Assembly (NCBI GenBank): GCA_963707945.1
Contig: CAVPRM010000002.1
Location: 1,768,617-1,832,616, forward strand
Reading direction: 5' to 3'
Length of the DNA stretch: 64,000 bases
DNA from: an uncultured delta proteobacterium
GTDB lineage: Bacteria; Myxococcota_A; UBA9160; SZUA-336
Positions 8,975-18,297 of the stretch are shown in pieces (the stretch's first letter is position 1; each line of letters starts with the position of its first letter). The position numbers and the translations under genes are program-made. The notes under the pieces were generated by a model. The model was not told where the DNA came from, made no database searches, and saw nothing but the letters and a program-made list of their open reading frames with translations.

Positions 8975-9894
8975 CGCGCGCTCCCCAGCTCGTTCTGCAG
9001 GAAGGCGAGCGTGCGCTCCTCGGCGCCGTCCTCGACCGGCGTGATCGCGGCGTCGAAGTCCGTCACGCCGATCTCGCGCAGGCGCGCGAGCTCGCCGCGC
9101 AGGTATTTCTCGTCGCCGGCCAGCGCGATGTCGGCCGGCCCGGCGGCGCCCTCGCGGTCCAGCATCGCGCGGTAGGACGGGAGCTGGCCGTAGATCACCA
9201 GCGCCTTGCCGATCTTCTCCTTCGCCTCGTCGGGCTTGTTCGTGACGATGATCGGGAACCCCGCGACCACGCGCGGCTCCGGCCGGCCCGCCTGCTTCGC
9301 CGCCTCGCGCAGGGTCGGCAGGATGTGCTGCGCCAGCGTCTTGGGGCCGGTCATCCAGGTGATCGTGCCGTCGGCGAGCTCGCCGGTGAGCCGGAGCATC
9401 GCGGGGCCGAGCGCCGCGACCAGGAGCGGCACACGGGTCGCCCCCGGCACCTGGAGCTGCGCAGCGACCTTGTACTGCTCGCCCTGGAACTGCACGCCCT
9501 CGCCGCGCAGGAGCGGCGCGAGGACCTTGAGGTACTCGCGCATGTGCTTCGCCGGCTTGTCGTACGAGAAGCCCAACATGGTCTCGATCACGATCTTGTG
9601 CGAGAGGCCGATGCCCAGGACGAACCGGCCCCGCGAGGCGGCCTGCGTGGTGAGCGCCTGCTGCGCGATCGCGACCGGGTGGCGCGGATAGGTCGGCACG
9701 ACCGCGGTACCGAGCTCGATCTTGGTCGTCTCGCGCCCGACGATCCCCAGCGCGTTGATCGCGTCGAGCCCGAAGATGTTGGCCATCCACAGGTTCGGGA
9801 AGCCCATCTGCTCGCAGCGCTTGGCCTGGGCCACCAACCCGTCGATGGTTCCGCCCGGCCCGTCCGTCGCCCCGACCATCAGCCCGATGCGCAT
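8971..9894 (-). CDS. Luciferase-like monooxygenase (LLM) family oxidoreductase, probably F420-dependent class
   Basis: 307-aa ORF (MRIGLMVGATDGPGG..., FPNLWMANIFGLD, TITWMTGPKT). Resembles LLM class F420-dependent oxidoreductases. The cofactor assignment is inference. Confidence 0.75.
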   Translation of the reverse strand: MRIGLMVGATDGPGGTIDGLVAQAKRCEQMGFPNLWMANIFGLDAINALGIVGRETTKIELGTAVVPTYPRHPVAIAQQALTTQAASRGRFVLGIGLSHKIVIETMLGFSYDKPAKHMREYLKVLAPLLRGEGVQFQGEQYKVAAQLQVPGATRVPLLVAALGPAMLRLTGELADGTITWMTGPKTLAQHILPTLREAAKQAGRPEPRVVAGFPIIVTNKPDEAKEKIGKALVIYGQLPSYRAMLDREGAAGPADIALAGDEKYLRGELARLREIGVTDFDAAITPVEDGAEERTLAFLQNELGSAR

Positions 9895-10011
9895 GTCCCC
9901 GTCCTCCGTGGGCCGATCTTATCCGATGCGCGCGGCCTGCCGGCTCGTGGGCCGAGTCGACGAGTACCCCTTGAATACTGATCTAAGTTCTGACATTGTC
10001 CCCTCTGTCGT

Positions 10012-10746
10012 ATGCCGACGGCCAAGCGCGCACAGCCCCGTAAGGAATCGACCCTCGAGGTCGCGGCGGACGGGCTCGCGGACGGCGGGCCGGCCTTCGA
10101 TCCCGTCGGACGCAGCCTCGACCTGATCGGCGACCGCTGGACCCTGGTCCTGGTTCGCCACCTGCTCGGGCGGCCGCGCGGGTTCCAGGAGCTCCGCAGC
10201 CGGACCGGCATCGCCCCGCGCATCCTCTCCGCGCGGCTGCGCCAGATGCTCCACCGCGGCCTGGTCGAGACGGTGCCCCAGGGCGGGCGCTCGCTGTACG
10301 GCCTCTCCGATCTCGGCCGCACGCTCGAGCCGATCGTTCGCGAGATCGCGCTCTGGTGGGTGCGCCACTTCATGCGCGAGGCCGGCCCCTTCAAGGAGAC
10401 CACGCCCGCGTCGGTCGTCGAAGCGCTGCCCTTCCTGCTGCGCGACGAGCGCGCGAGCGGCGTGCACCTCACCTACGAGCTGCGTCTCACCGGCAAAGGC
10501 GGGGGCGTGTGGGTGATCGAGATCGACGACGGCGATTGCCTGGTGCGCGAGGGCTTCGCCGAGCGCGCCGACGTCCGCTACACCGCCGACGCGCGTGACT
10601 GGACGTTGTTGGCGATCGGCCTGATGGACGATCGCGAGGCGGTGGCAGAGGGCAAGCTCGTCAAGGACGGCCGCGCCGGCTCGATCGCCTGGTACTTCCA
10701 CCAGCCCTATTCGCCGAAAAGAAAAGAGCGAGGAGACCCCAAATGA
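10012..10746 (+). CDS. HxlR-family transcriptional regulator fused to an SCP2 lipid-carrier-like domain
   Basis: 244-aa ORF. The wHTH part is LIGDRWTLVLVRHLLGRPRGFQELRSRTGIAPRILSARLRQM. The C-terminal half (ELRLTGKGGGVWVIEIDDG...AEGKLVKDG) is SCP2-like. The stop overlaps the next gene (ATGA). Confidence 0.8.
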   Translation: MPTAKRAQPRKESTLEVAADGLADGGPAFDPVGRSLDLIGDRWTLVLVRHLLGRPRGFQELRSRTGIAPRILSARLRQMLHRGLVETVPQGGRSLYGLSDLGRTLEPIVREIALWWVRHFMREAGPFKETTPASVVEALPFLLRDERASGVHLTYELRLTGKGGGVWVIEIDDGDCLVREGFAERADVRYTADARDWTLLAIGLMDDREAVAEGKLVKDGRAGSIAWYFHQPYSPKRKERGDPK

Positions 10747-11852
10747 TCTCATTCGGCCCCACGGAAGAGCAGGAGCTCATCCGACAAACCGTGCACGAGT
10801 TCGCGGAGAGCGAGATGCGCGAGCTCGCGCGCCCCTGCGACGAGAAGCGCGAGCTGCCCGCCGAGTTCCTGCAGAAGAGCTGGGAGCTCGGGCTCGTGGC
10901 CGGCGCGATTCCCGAGGAGTACGGCGGCGGCGGCATCGGCCGTTCACCCGTGACGAACGCGCTGGTGCTCGAAGAGCTCGCCTGGGGCGACGTTCCGCTC
11001 GCCGCCGCGGCGATGACTCCGGCGCTCTTCGTGCAGCCGCTGCTCGACTTCGGCACCGACGCGCAGAAGAAGCAGCTGCTGCCGCTGTTCGCGAAGTCGA
11101 GCTTCCAGGCGGCGACCCTGGCGCTGCTCGAGCCGACCTTCAGCTTCGACGCCGCCAGCCTGCGCACCGTGGCCGAGCCCAAGGGCACCGGCTTCGTGCT
11201 CTCGGGCCGCAAGCGGCTGGTGCCGCTGGCGTCGACCGCGAGCCACATCCTCGTCGTCGCGCGCGGCGCGAAGGACGGGGTCGCGGGCCTCGAGGCGTTC
11301 ATCGTCCCGCGCGGAGCCAAGGGCCTCTCGATCGCCCCCGAGGCGGAGCGCACGCTCGGCTTCCAGTGCCTGCCCCGTTTCAGTGTAGACCTGGAGCGGG
11401 TCGAGGTCTCTGCCGAGGCGAAGCTCGGCGGCGAGCGCGGCATCGACGGCACGCGGCTGCTCGCGATGCTGCGCACCGCGAGCTCGGCCCTGGCGCTCGG
11501 CCTCGCGCGCGGCGTGTACGAGCTCGCCCTGCCCTACGCCAAGGAGCGGGTCGCGTTCGGCCAGCCGATCGCCCAGAAGCAGACCATCGCCTTCATGCTG
11601 GCCGAGATGCAGATCGAGGTGAGCTCGATGCGCCACTTGGTCTGGAAGGCGGCGAGCCTGCTCGAGCACGGCCTCGACGCGAGCCGGGCCGCGACGCTCG
11701 CGCACACCTACGTGAACCGCGAAGTCATGAAGATCGCCGACAACGGTCTGCAGATCTTCGGCGGGCACGGCTACATCCGCGAGTACCCGGTCGAGATGTG
11801 GTACCGCAACGGCCGCGCCCTCACCGTCAACGAGAGCGTCTGCGCGCTCTAG
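10743..11852 (+). CDS. Acyl-CoA dehydrogenase family protein with degenerate catalytic/FAD motifs (beta-like subunit)
   Basis: 369-aa ORF with an ACAD fold throughout. It has LLEPTFSFD instead of TEPxxGSD, and ALTVNESV instead of the (I/Y)YEGT catalytic-base context. GAGGAG RBS upstream. Confidence 0.8.
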   Translation: MISFGPTEEQELIRQTVHEFAESEMRELARPCDEKRELPAEFLQKSWELGLVAGAIPEEYGGGGIGRSPVTNALVLEELAWGDVPLAAAAMTPALFVQPLLDFGTDAQKKQLLPLFAKSSFQAATLALLEPTFSFDAASLRTVAEPKGTGFVLSGRKRLVPLASTASHILVVARGAKDGVAGLEAFIVPRGAKGLSIAPEAERTLGFQCLPRFSVDLERVEVSAEAKLGGERGIDGTRLLAMLRTASSALALGLARGVYELALPYAKERVAFGQPIAQKQTIAFMLAEMQIEVSSMRHLVWKAASLLEHGLDASRAATLAHTYVNREVMKIADNGLQIFGGHGYIREYPVEMWYRNGRALTVNESVCAL

Positions 11853-11871
11853 CCCCAGGAGACACACCACC

Positions 11872-13047
11872 ATGATCGACTTCACGCTGTCCGAGAAGGA
11901 CCAGAAGGTTCTCGCCGCCGTCCGCGAAGAGGCGCTGATCGCCCGCAAGTACGCGCGCTACTACGACGACCACGAGGAGGAGTTCGCGCCCGCCGAGCTC
12001 CCCGAGGCGAAGGACTTCAAGAACCCCTTCGCGCTGCTCGCGCGCCGCGACGAGAGCTTCGACTCGTCGATGGGGGTCATGAGCATGCTGGTCACCGCCG
12101 GCCAGACCTGGGGCGACTACACGGTGCGCATGCGCCGCGGCAGCGGCGGCCTCGGCAACGCCGCGCTGCGCGCGTCGGGCACCCCCGACCAGCAGACCCG
12201 CTGGAACGGCAAGACGCTGGCGATGGCGATCACCGAGCCCGGCTGCGGCTCCGACTCGAAGGCCGTGCAGACCACCGCGACGCTCGACGGCGACGAGTGG
12301 GTTCTGAACGGCGAGAAGATCTTCGTCACCACCGGGTGTCGCGCCGAAGGCGTGGTCGTGTGGGCCACGATCTCCAAGGCCGCGGGCCGCGCCGGCATCA
12401 AGAGCTTCATCGTCATGAAGGGGACGCCCGGCTTCGAGGTCACCCACAAGGAAAAGAAGCTCGGCATCCGCGCCGACGACACGGCGGCCTACGTGTTCCG
12501 CGACTGCCGCATTCCGCGCGACCACCTGCTGGGCGGCGACGAGTCGATTCCCAAGGAGGGCGCAGGCGGCTTCAAGGGCGTCATGAAGACCTTCAACATG
12601 ACTCGCCCCGCGGTCGCCGCGATCGGCCTCGGGATCGCCCAGGCCGCGCTCGACTTCACCCGCGACGCGCTCGCGGGCGAGGGCGTCGAGGTGGACTGGA
12701 ACGCCGGCACCCACGCGCGCACCGCCGCGCAGCAGGAGCTGATCGAGATCGAGGCCGACATCGAGGCCGCGACGCTCGACGTGCTGCACGCGACCTGGCT
12801 CTCGGGCGAGGCGAAGCCGAACAACCTGGAGGCGTCGATCTCGAAGGCCAAGGGCGGCGAGATCGCGCGCACCGCGACGCAGCGCTGCATCGCGCTGCTC
12901 GGCTCGATGGGCATCTCGTACGACTTCCTGCTCGAGAAGTGGTTCCGCGACTGCCGCATCACCGACATCTACGAGGGCACCGGCCAGATCCAGCGCCTGA
13001 TCATCGCGCGCGACATCCTGGGCTACTCGGCGGCGGAGCTGTCTTGA
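11872..13047 (+). CDS. Acyl-CoA dehydrogenase (canonical, alpha-like subunit)
   Basis: 391-aa ORF with AITEPGCGSDS, the WVLNGEKIFVTTG context, and DIYEGTGQIQRLIIARDILG with the catalytic Glu. Confidence 0.9.
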   Translation: MIDFTLSEKDQKVLAAVREEALIARKYARYYDDHEEEFAPAELPEAKDFKNPFALLARRDESFDSSMGVMSMLVTAGQTWGDYTVRMRRGSGGLGNAALRASGTPDQQTRWNGKTLAMAITEPGCGSDSKAVQTTATLDGDEWVLNGEKIFVTTGCRAEGVVVWATISKAAGRAGIKSFIVMKGTPGFEVTHKEKKLGIRADDTAAYVFRDCRIPRDHLLGGDESIPKEGAGGFKGVMKTFNMTRPAVAAIGLGIAQAALDFTRDALAGEGVEVDWNAGTHARTAAQQELIEIEADIEAATLDVLHATWLSGEAKPNNLEASISKAKGGEIARTATQRCIALLGSMGISYDFLLEKWFRDCRITDIYEGTGQIQRLIIARDILGYSAAELS

Positions 13048-13086
13048 GCTAGGACCCTCGCCTCACATGCTAGGCTCGCGCGCGGC

Positions 13087-15525
13087 ATGGCGAGCCCCCG
13101 GAAAGGCGCGATCGGGAAGTCGGCATTCCTGTCGGGAGTGTTCCTGATCAGCTTCGCGATGCTGATCTTCCAGATCGTGCAGACGCGAATCCTGTCGGTC
13201 ATCGCCTGGTACTACCTCGCCTTCTTCGCGATCAGCGTGGCGATGCTCGGCATGACCGTCGGCGCGGTGCGGGTCTACCTGCGGCGGGAGCAGTTCCGGC
13301 CCGAGCGGCTGGCGGCCGATCTCTCGGACAACGCCCTGGCATGCGCGATCAGCATACCTGCCTCCCTTCTGGTGCAGCTCTCGCTGATCACGACGGTGAC
13401 TCTCTCACTGCCCACGCTCGTCTCGTGGAGCTTGCTGCTCGCCGCGATGGCGGTGCCGTACGTGTTCGCGGGGATCGCGATCAGCCTCGCCCTGACGCGC
13501 AGCCCGTTTCCGGTCAGCCAGGTGTACGCGGTCGACCTGCTCGGCGCGGCGCTCGGCTGCGTCGCGGTCGTCGCGGTCCTGAACTTCGTGGACGCTCCTT
13601 CGACGATCCTGCTCGCCGGTGCGGTCGCGGGTGGGTCGTCGCTCTGCTTCGCGAGCGCAGCGAAGGCGCACTCTCGGCGCCCGATCCTGGTGACCGCGGC
13701 GCTGCTCGCGTTCACGGCCCTGAACCTCGCCACGTCGGCCGTCCGGCCGGTCCTCGTCAAGGACCGGTTCGAGCGCCCGGCGCTCCGGGACTTCGAGCGC
13801 TGGAACTCGTACTCGCGAATCGTCGCCAGCCAGCCGACGATCGACCGGCCCACGTTGTGGAGCTTCTCTCCGACGCTGCCGCCCGAGATGACGGCCGCGT
13901 CGGTGCGGCTGACCATCGACGGCGCCGCGGGCACGCAGATGTTCCACTACGACGGCACGCGCGACTCGATCGAGTTCCTGCGGTACGACCTGGTGAACCT
14001 GGCGTACAGCCTGCCGGGGATTCGCAAGGCCGCGATCATCGGCGTCGGCGGCGGGCGGGACGTCCTGGCAGCGCACCTCTTCGGCGTGAGCGAGATCGTC
14101 GGGGTCGAGCTCAACCCGATCTTCATCGATCTGCACACACACGAGCCGTACAAGAGCTTCTCGAATCTGACCGCGCTGCCCAACGTCCGCTTCTTCGTCG
14201 ACGACGCGCGCAGCTGGTTCGCGAGCACGCCGCAGAAGTTCGACCTGATCCAGATGAGCATGATCGACACCTGGGCGGCGACCGGCGCGGGCGCCTTCAC
14301 GTTGAGTGAGAACGGTCTGTACACGCTGGAGGGCTGGAGAGCGTTCCTCCGCACGTTGAACCCCGACGGCGTCATCACCGTGAGCCGCTGGTACAACCCG
14401 CACGACGTCGACGAAGCGGGCCGAATGGTCGCGCTGGCGTCGGCAGCGATCCTGGACATGGGTGCGCCGGACGCGCGCCCCTACATCTTCGTGGCGCGGG
14501 CTCAGAACCTCGCGACGCTGGTCTTGTCCAAGCGGCCGTTCAGCCCCGGGCAGCTCCTGGTGCTGAACGCCGAGGTGAAGCGCCTCGGATTCGAGGTCTT
14601 GCTCGCACCGGATCACCCCGCCGAATCCGACCTACTCGGACGGATGCTCCGCAGCAAGGACATCGCGGCGCTCGACGAAGTCGGCGGCAGCTCCCTCCTC
14701 GATCTCACGGTGCCGACCGACGACCGACCCTTCTTCTTCAATCTGCTCCGCTTCCGCAGCATTCCGGAGGCCGTGCGGCGAAGGCTGGCCGGCGACACGC
14801 GGAGCGGCGTGGTCGAGGGCAATCTGCAGGCGTCGATCGCGCTGGCGATCATCCTCGTCATCTCGGTGGCCGCCGTGATCGGCACCGTCCTGGTTCCGCT
14901 CCGAGGAGCGATCCGGAGCCGATCCGTTCCCCTGATCGCGGTCGGGAGCGCGTACTTCTCGCTCATCGGGATGGGCTTCATGCTCGCGGAGATCGCGCTG
15001 CTGCAGTACTTCAGCGTCTATCTCGGGCACCCGACCTACTCACTGGCCGTCTGTCTCTTCAGCCTGATCCTGGCGACGGGACTCGGGAGTCTCGCTTCGG
15101 ACCGATTCGCGATCGCGAGCCCGCGCGCGATCGCGATCTGGGGTGTCGTCACCGTCGGCTATCTCCTCGGCCTGCAGGAGTGGCTGGCCGGAGTCTTCCA
15201 GGCGACCACGGGCCGCGAGCTCTCCGTTCGAATCCTCGTCTCCCTCGGCTTCATCCTCCCGCTCGGCTTCCTGCTCGGCTTCGCCTTCCCGACCGGGATG
15301 AAGCTCGTGGAGGCGGTGGATCCGGAGCCGACGCCGTGGTTCTGGGGCATCAACGGGGCAGCCGGCGTGCTGGCCTCCGTGCTCGCGGTCATGCTGAGCA
15401 TGGCCTTCGGGATCCGAACGACCCTGCTCGCGGCCGCAGTGTGCTACGCGTCGCTGGTTCCGGCGGCGCTCTCGCTCATCGCCCTGCGCGGGCGCGCGGT
15501 ACCCGGTGCTCAATCATACGCGTAG
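13087..15525 (+). CDS. Polytopic membrane protein with an embedded spermidine-synthase-like (class I methyltransferase fold) domain
   Basis: 812-aa ORF with many hydrophobic segments at both ends. The central soluble part has IIGVGGGRDVLAAHLFGVSEIVGVELNP and FDLIQMSMIDTW motifs, typical of SpeE-like folds. Confidence 0.7.
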   Translation: MASPRKGAIGKSAFLSGVFLISFAMLIFQIVQTRILSVIAWYYLAFFAISVAMLGMTVGAVRVYLRREQFRPERLAADLSDNALACAISIPASLLVQLSLITTVTLSLPTLVSWSLLLAAMAVPYVFAGIAISLALTRSPFPVSQVYAVDLLGAALGCVAVVAVLNFVDAPSTILLAGAVAGGSSLCFASAAKAHSRRPILVTAALLAFTALNLATSAVRPVLVKDRFERPALRDFERWNSYSRIVASQPTIDRPTLWSFSPTLPPEMTAASVRLTIDGAAGTQMFHYDGTRDSIEFLRYDLVNLAYSLPGIRKAAIIGVGGGRDVLAAHLFGVSEIVGVELNPIFIDLHTHEPYKSFSNLTALPNVRFFVDDARSWFASTPQKFDLIQMSMIDTWAATGAGAFTLSENGLYTLEGWRAFLRTLNPDGVITVSRWYNPHDVDEAGRMVALASAAILDMGAPDARPYIFVARAQNLATLVLSKRPFSPGQLLVLNAEVKRLGFEVLLAPDHPAESDLLGRMLRSKDIAALDEVGGSSLLDLTVPTDDRPFFFNLLRFRSIPEAVRRRLAGDTRSGVVEGNLQASIALAIILVISVAAVIGTVLVPLRGAIRSRSVPLIAVGSAYFSLIGMGFMLAEIALLQYFSVYLGHPTYSLAVCLFSLILATGLGSLASDRFAIASPRAIAIWGVVTVGYLLGLQEWLAGVFQATTGRELSVRILVSLGFILPLGFLLGFAFPTGMKLVEAVDPEPTPWFWGINGAAGVLASVLAVMLSMAFGIRTTLLAAAVCYASLVPAALSLIALRGRAVPGAQSYA

Positions 15526-16076
15526 CAGTGATGGGCGAGCTCGATCCACTCGCCCTTGCTGGCTCGCTGCTCCCACACCATCCGGCCGATCTTGCCGCCC
15601 AGCGAGCGGTACGACATCCAGAGCTCCTTCTTGCCGTCGGAGTCGAGGTCGGTGACGTAGAGCATCCGGAGCTCGGTCTCTTCCGATTCGTCCGGCGCGA
15701 AGTAGCGGAGGAAGCTCTGCGTCAGCTCCGGCGTAGGGCGGGATACACGGCGAGGATTGCGGCCGCGGTTCAGCTCGAAGAACGCCGCCTCGTCCGAGCG
15801 TCCGGGAACGAGGCCGTAGCGGGCCGGCTCGCCGTCGGGTCCCGGCTTCTCGACGTCCCGCTGGATCGGGAACTCGGCGCCGGTCTCCTCGAAGGCGTTG
15901 CGCAGCACGCCGAGGAGACTCGTCTTCCGCGCGTCGTAGGGTCCGATCTGCGCCGCCTCCACGACCAGCAGCGGATGGAACCGGTCGTCCTGGACGTACC
16001 CGATCACGCTCGTCTGCGTCTGGGCATTCGTCTGGACGCCCGTGAGAAGCAGGAACAAGAGCGCGCTCCAACGCAT
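15510..16076 (-). CDS. Secreted hypothetical protein
   Basis: 188-aa ORF with signal-like MRWSALLFLLLTGVQTNAQ and balanced composition (not Arg/Ala-rich junk). Convergent 16-nt overlap with the upstream + strand gene. Confidence 0.5.
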   Translation of the reverse strand: MRWSALLFLLLTGVQTNAQTQTSVIGYVQDDRFHPLLVVEAAQIGPYDARKTSLLGVLRNAFEETGAEFPIQRDVEKPGPDGEPARYGLVPGRSDEAAFFELNRGRNPRRVSRPTPELTQSFLRYFAPDESEETELRMLYVTDLDSDGKKELWMSYRSLGGKIGRMVWEQRASKGEWIELAHHCYAYD

Positions 16077-16154
16077 GCCACGGAATCGGTGGCAGCCGCT
16101 CGGCGCTGAACGCGCATCCTGCCCAGTTGATCGCGCCGCGTCACGGACCTCGCT

Positions 16155-16745
16155 TCAGTGCGCGCGCGCGGCCCAGCCTAGCCAGAGCAGTCCGCTCGCC
16201 GCGATCCAGCTCCCCGCGACGCGCACCGCGATCCGTCCCCAGTCCGCGCGGATCGCGACGACCGAGGCCGAGACGAGCGCCACGAGCGCGAACACCGCGG
16301 CGGCGAGTCCCGCGAGCGCGGTGAAAGAGACCAGCGACGGGCCGAGGCCGGTCCCGTTCAGGAACCCGTGGTAGAGACCGAGCGCCGCGGCGAGAGCGGC
16401 GACTCCGCGCGGCGAGATCTTCGCATCGAGCGCGACGAGCCCGCCCAGCGCGAGCAGCCAGACGGCCGGCACGACGGCGGGCTCAGCTACGATCGGCACC
16501 GCCGAGCCGCCGAGCGCGGCGAGCAGCCATGCACCGGGCAGGACGAACATCGCGCGGCGCGCGTGCGCGGCGCCCCGCACACCCGCGAACCCGGCGAGCG
16601 CGAGCGCGGAGAGAAGGTCGCCCGGGCTGGTGAGGAAGTGGGCGGCGCCGTCGTACAGCGGGCCCATCCCGGTCGAGTTCAGGTGCGCGTCCGCGCGGAG
16701 CGGCAGGAGGACGCAGGCGAGGACGATCGCGAGCCGCCGGCTCAC
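16155..16745 (-). CDS. Divergent HupE/UreJ-like membrane protein (third paralog)
   Basis: 196 aa from GTG 16743-16745 (GTGA overlap with the hupE stop). Signal VSRRLAIVLACVLLPLRADA followed by HLNSTG. AAHFLTSPGDLLSALALAGFAG resembles the HP..G.DH region. LYHGFLNG replaces FHGHAHG. Confidence 0.6.
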   Translation of the reverse strand: MSRRLAIVLACVLLPLRADAHLNSTGMGPLYDGAAHFLTSPGDLLSALALAGFAGVRGAAHARRAMFVLPGAWLLAALGGSAVPIVAEPAVVPAVWLLALGGLVALDAKISPRGVAALAAALGLYHGFLNGTGLGPSLVSFTALAGLAAAVFALVALVSASVVAIRADWGRIAVRVAGSWIAASGLLWLGWAARAH

Positions 16746-17328
16746 CCGACCGCCTTCCAGAGAAAGAACACGCCGCCGCTCGCCACGCCGGCGCCGGCGA
16801 CACGCAAGAGTGTTCGGCCCCAGGTGAAGCGGTGGATCGTGCCGATCCCGATCCCGAGCGCGTGCAGACAGCCCGTCGCGACGACGAAGCCCACGCTGTA
16901 GAGGAGCGCGCTCTGGCCCGCGGGCAGCTCCGTGCCGTGCGCGTGGCCGTGGAAGATGGCGAAGACGCCTACGAGCAGCGCCGCCACGACGAGCGGCGGG
17001 CGCAGCTCGAACAGCGACCGCGGCGCCCAGCAGAACGGCCGACGCGGCGATCCCGTACTCGATCCCGGGCAGCGGCACACCGAGCAGTCCAAGCATTCCC
17101 CCGAACGCCATCACGAGCGGGAACGCGACCGGCAGAACCCAGATCGCGGGCGCGCCGAGCTGCGCGCCCCACAGGCCTACGGCAACCATCGCGAGCACGT
17201 GGTCGAGCCCCGAGATCGGATGCGCGAAGCCCGTCGCGAACCCGACGGCCTGCCCGGCCTGCGCGTGCGCCGAAGCGTCGCCCGGGCAGGACGAGCGCCA
17301 GCGCGAGCGCGCCGAGCAGCAGCGCCAC
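16742..17328 (-). pseudogene. hupE: HupE/UreJ family metal (Ni/Co-type) permease, broken by two extra bases (near 17280 and 17015)
   Basis: Joining three frames gives VALLLGALALALVLPG / DASAHAQAGQAVGFATGFAHPISGLDHVLAMVAVGLWGAQLG...AVLLGAAV / LFELRPPLVVAALLVGVFAIFHGHAHGTELP...FFLWKAVG*, about 195 aa. HupE hallmarks HP.SGLDH and FHGHAHG are present. The 5' end (GTG 17326-17328) is nominal because no stop separates it from the upstream ORF. Confidence 0.8.
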
Positions 17329-18297
17329 CCGCTGGATCGTCCAGAACGCGCCGAGCGATCCGACGGCGTAGCCCGGCAGCGCCTCGACCCAGCGCGGCCA
17401 GCGCACCTCGAGCACCCGGAACGAGCGCTCGAGCCCGAGGATCAGCGCGACGAAGCCGACCTGTCCGAGCTCGACGCCGATGTTGAAACTGACCAGCGCG
17501 AGCGGCAGGTCGCTGCGCGGCAGACCGGCCTCAGTGAGCGCCGTCGCGAAGCCGAACCCGTGCAGGAGTCCAAACGCGAGCGCCACGACCCAGGGATGGC
17601 GAATCGTGAAGCTCGTCTCGCCGCGCCACACGCGCACGATCTCCGGTCCGAGGAAAAGGATGCTGAGGGCGATCGCCGCGTTCAGCGGCGAGAGCGGCAC
17701 CTCCGCGTAGCCGAGGGTCGCGATCGCGAGCGTGATGCTGTGCGCGAGCGTGAAGGCGGTCACCGTCTTCAAGAGCATCCAGCGATCCGCGACGATCAGC
17801 AGCAGCCCCAGCACGAACAACAGGTGGTCGGCGCCGAACAGGATGTGCCGGAGCCCCTGCACGACGTACGTCTCCGCGACCTCCAACCAGGACTGAGCCG
17901 CCGCGATCTCGACCCACGGCTGCGAGCCGCGCGCGATCGTCGTCCAGGTCCGGCCGTCGAGCATCTTCACCCGCACGAGGACGTCGGTGATCGTGAGCTG
18001 CAGGCCCGCGAAGTCGATGCGCTTGCCCGCGAGGCCGGTCGGACCGGCATCGAGCCAGCGCCGCTCGACGAGCGAGTCGGCGAGCTCCTGCACGTCGGGC
18101 GGCTTCACGTTGCGCACGTCGTCCGGGATCTGCAGCGCGATCGGCAGCCGCATGCCCGCGAGCACCGGCGTGCGCCACAGGAGATCGAACTGCCCGGGCG
18201 CCGTCTCCTTCAGCTCGAGATATGCGGGGCGCGACTCGTGCGCCCGCGCCGCGGAGGTGACGAGCAGTGCGAGCAACACCATGAAGAGCCGGCTCAC
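17329..18297 (-). CDS. HupE/UreJ_2-type membrane protein with an N-terminal periplasmic domain (3' end nominal)
   Basis: GTG 18295-18297 sits in a GTGA overlap with the PPIase stop. Signal [19 protein letters not shown] followed by [12 protein letters not shown] soluble domain of about 130 aa precedes a TM core with [26 protein letters not shown] and LLHGFGFA. The frame stays open into hupE. Confidence 0.7.

Noticed and set aside
6278-9790. 1170-aa minus-strand mega-ORF.
   Set aside because: It is a chimera. Only its 3' end (tag) and a middle stretch (the crotonase N-terminal part) are real coding sequence. The rest reads through the ABC1 kinase and LLM genes out of frame as Arg/Ala-rich junk.
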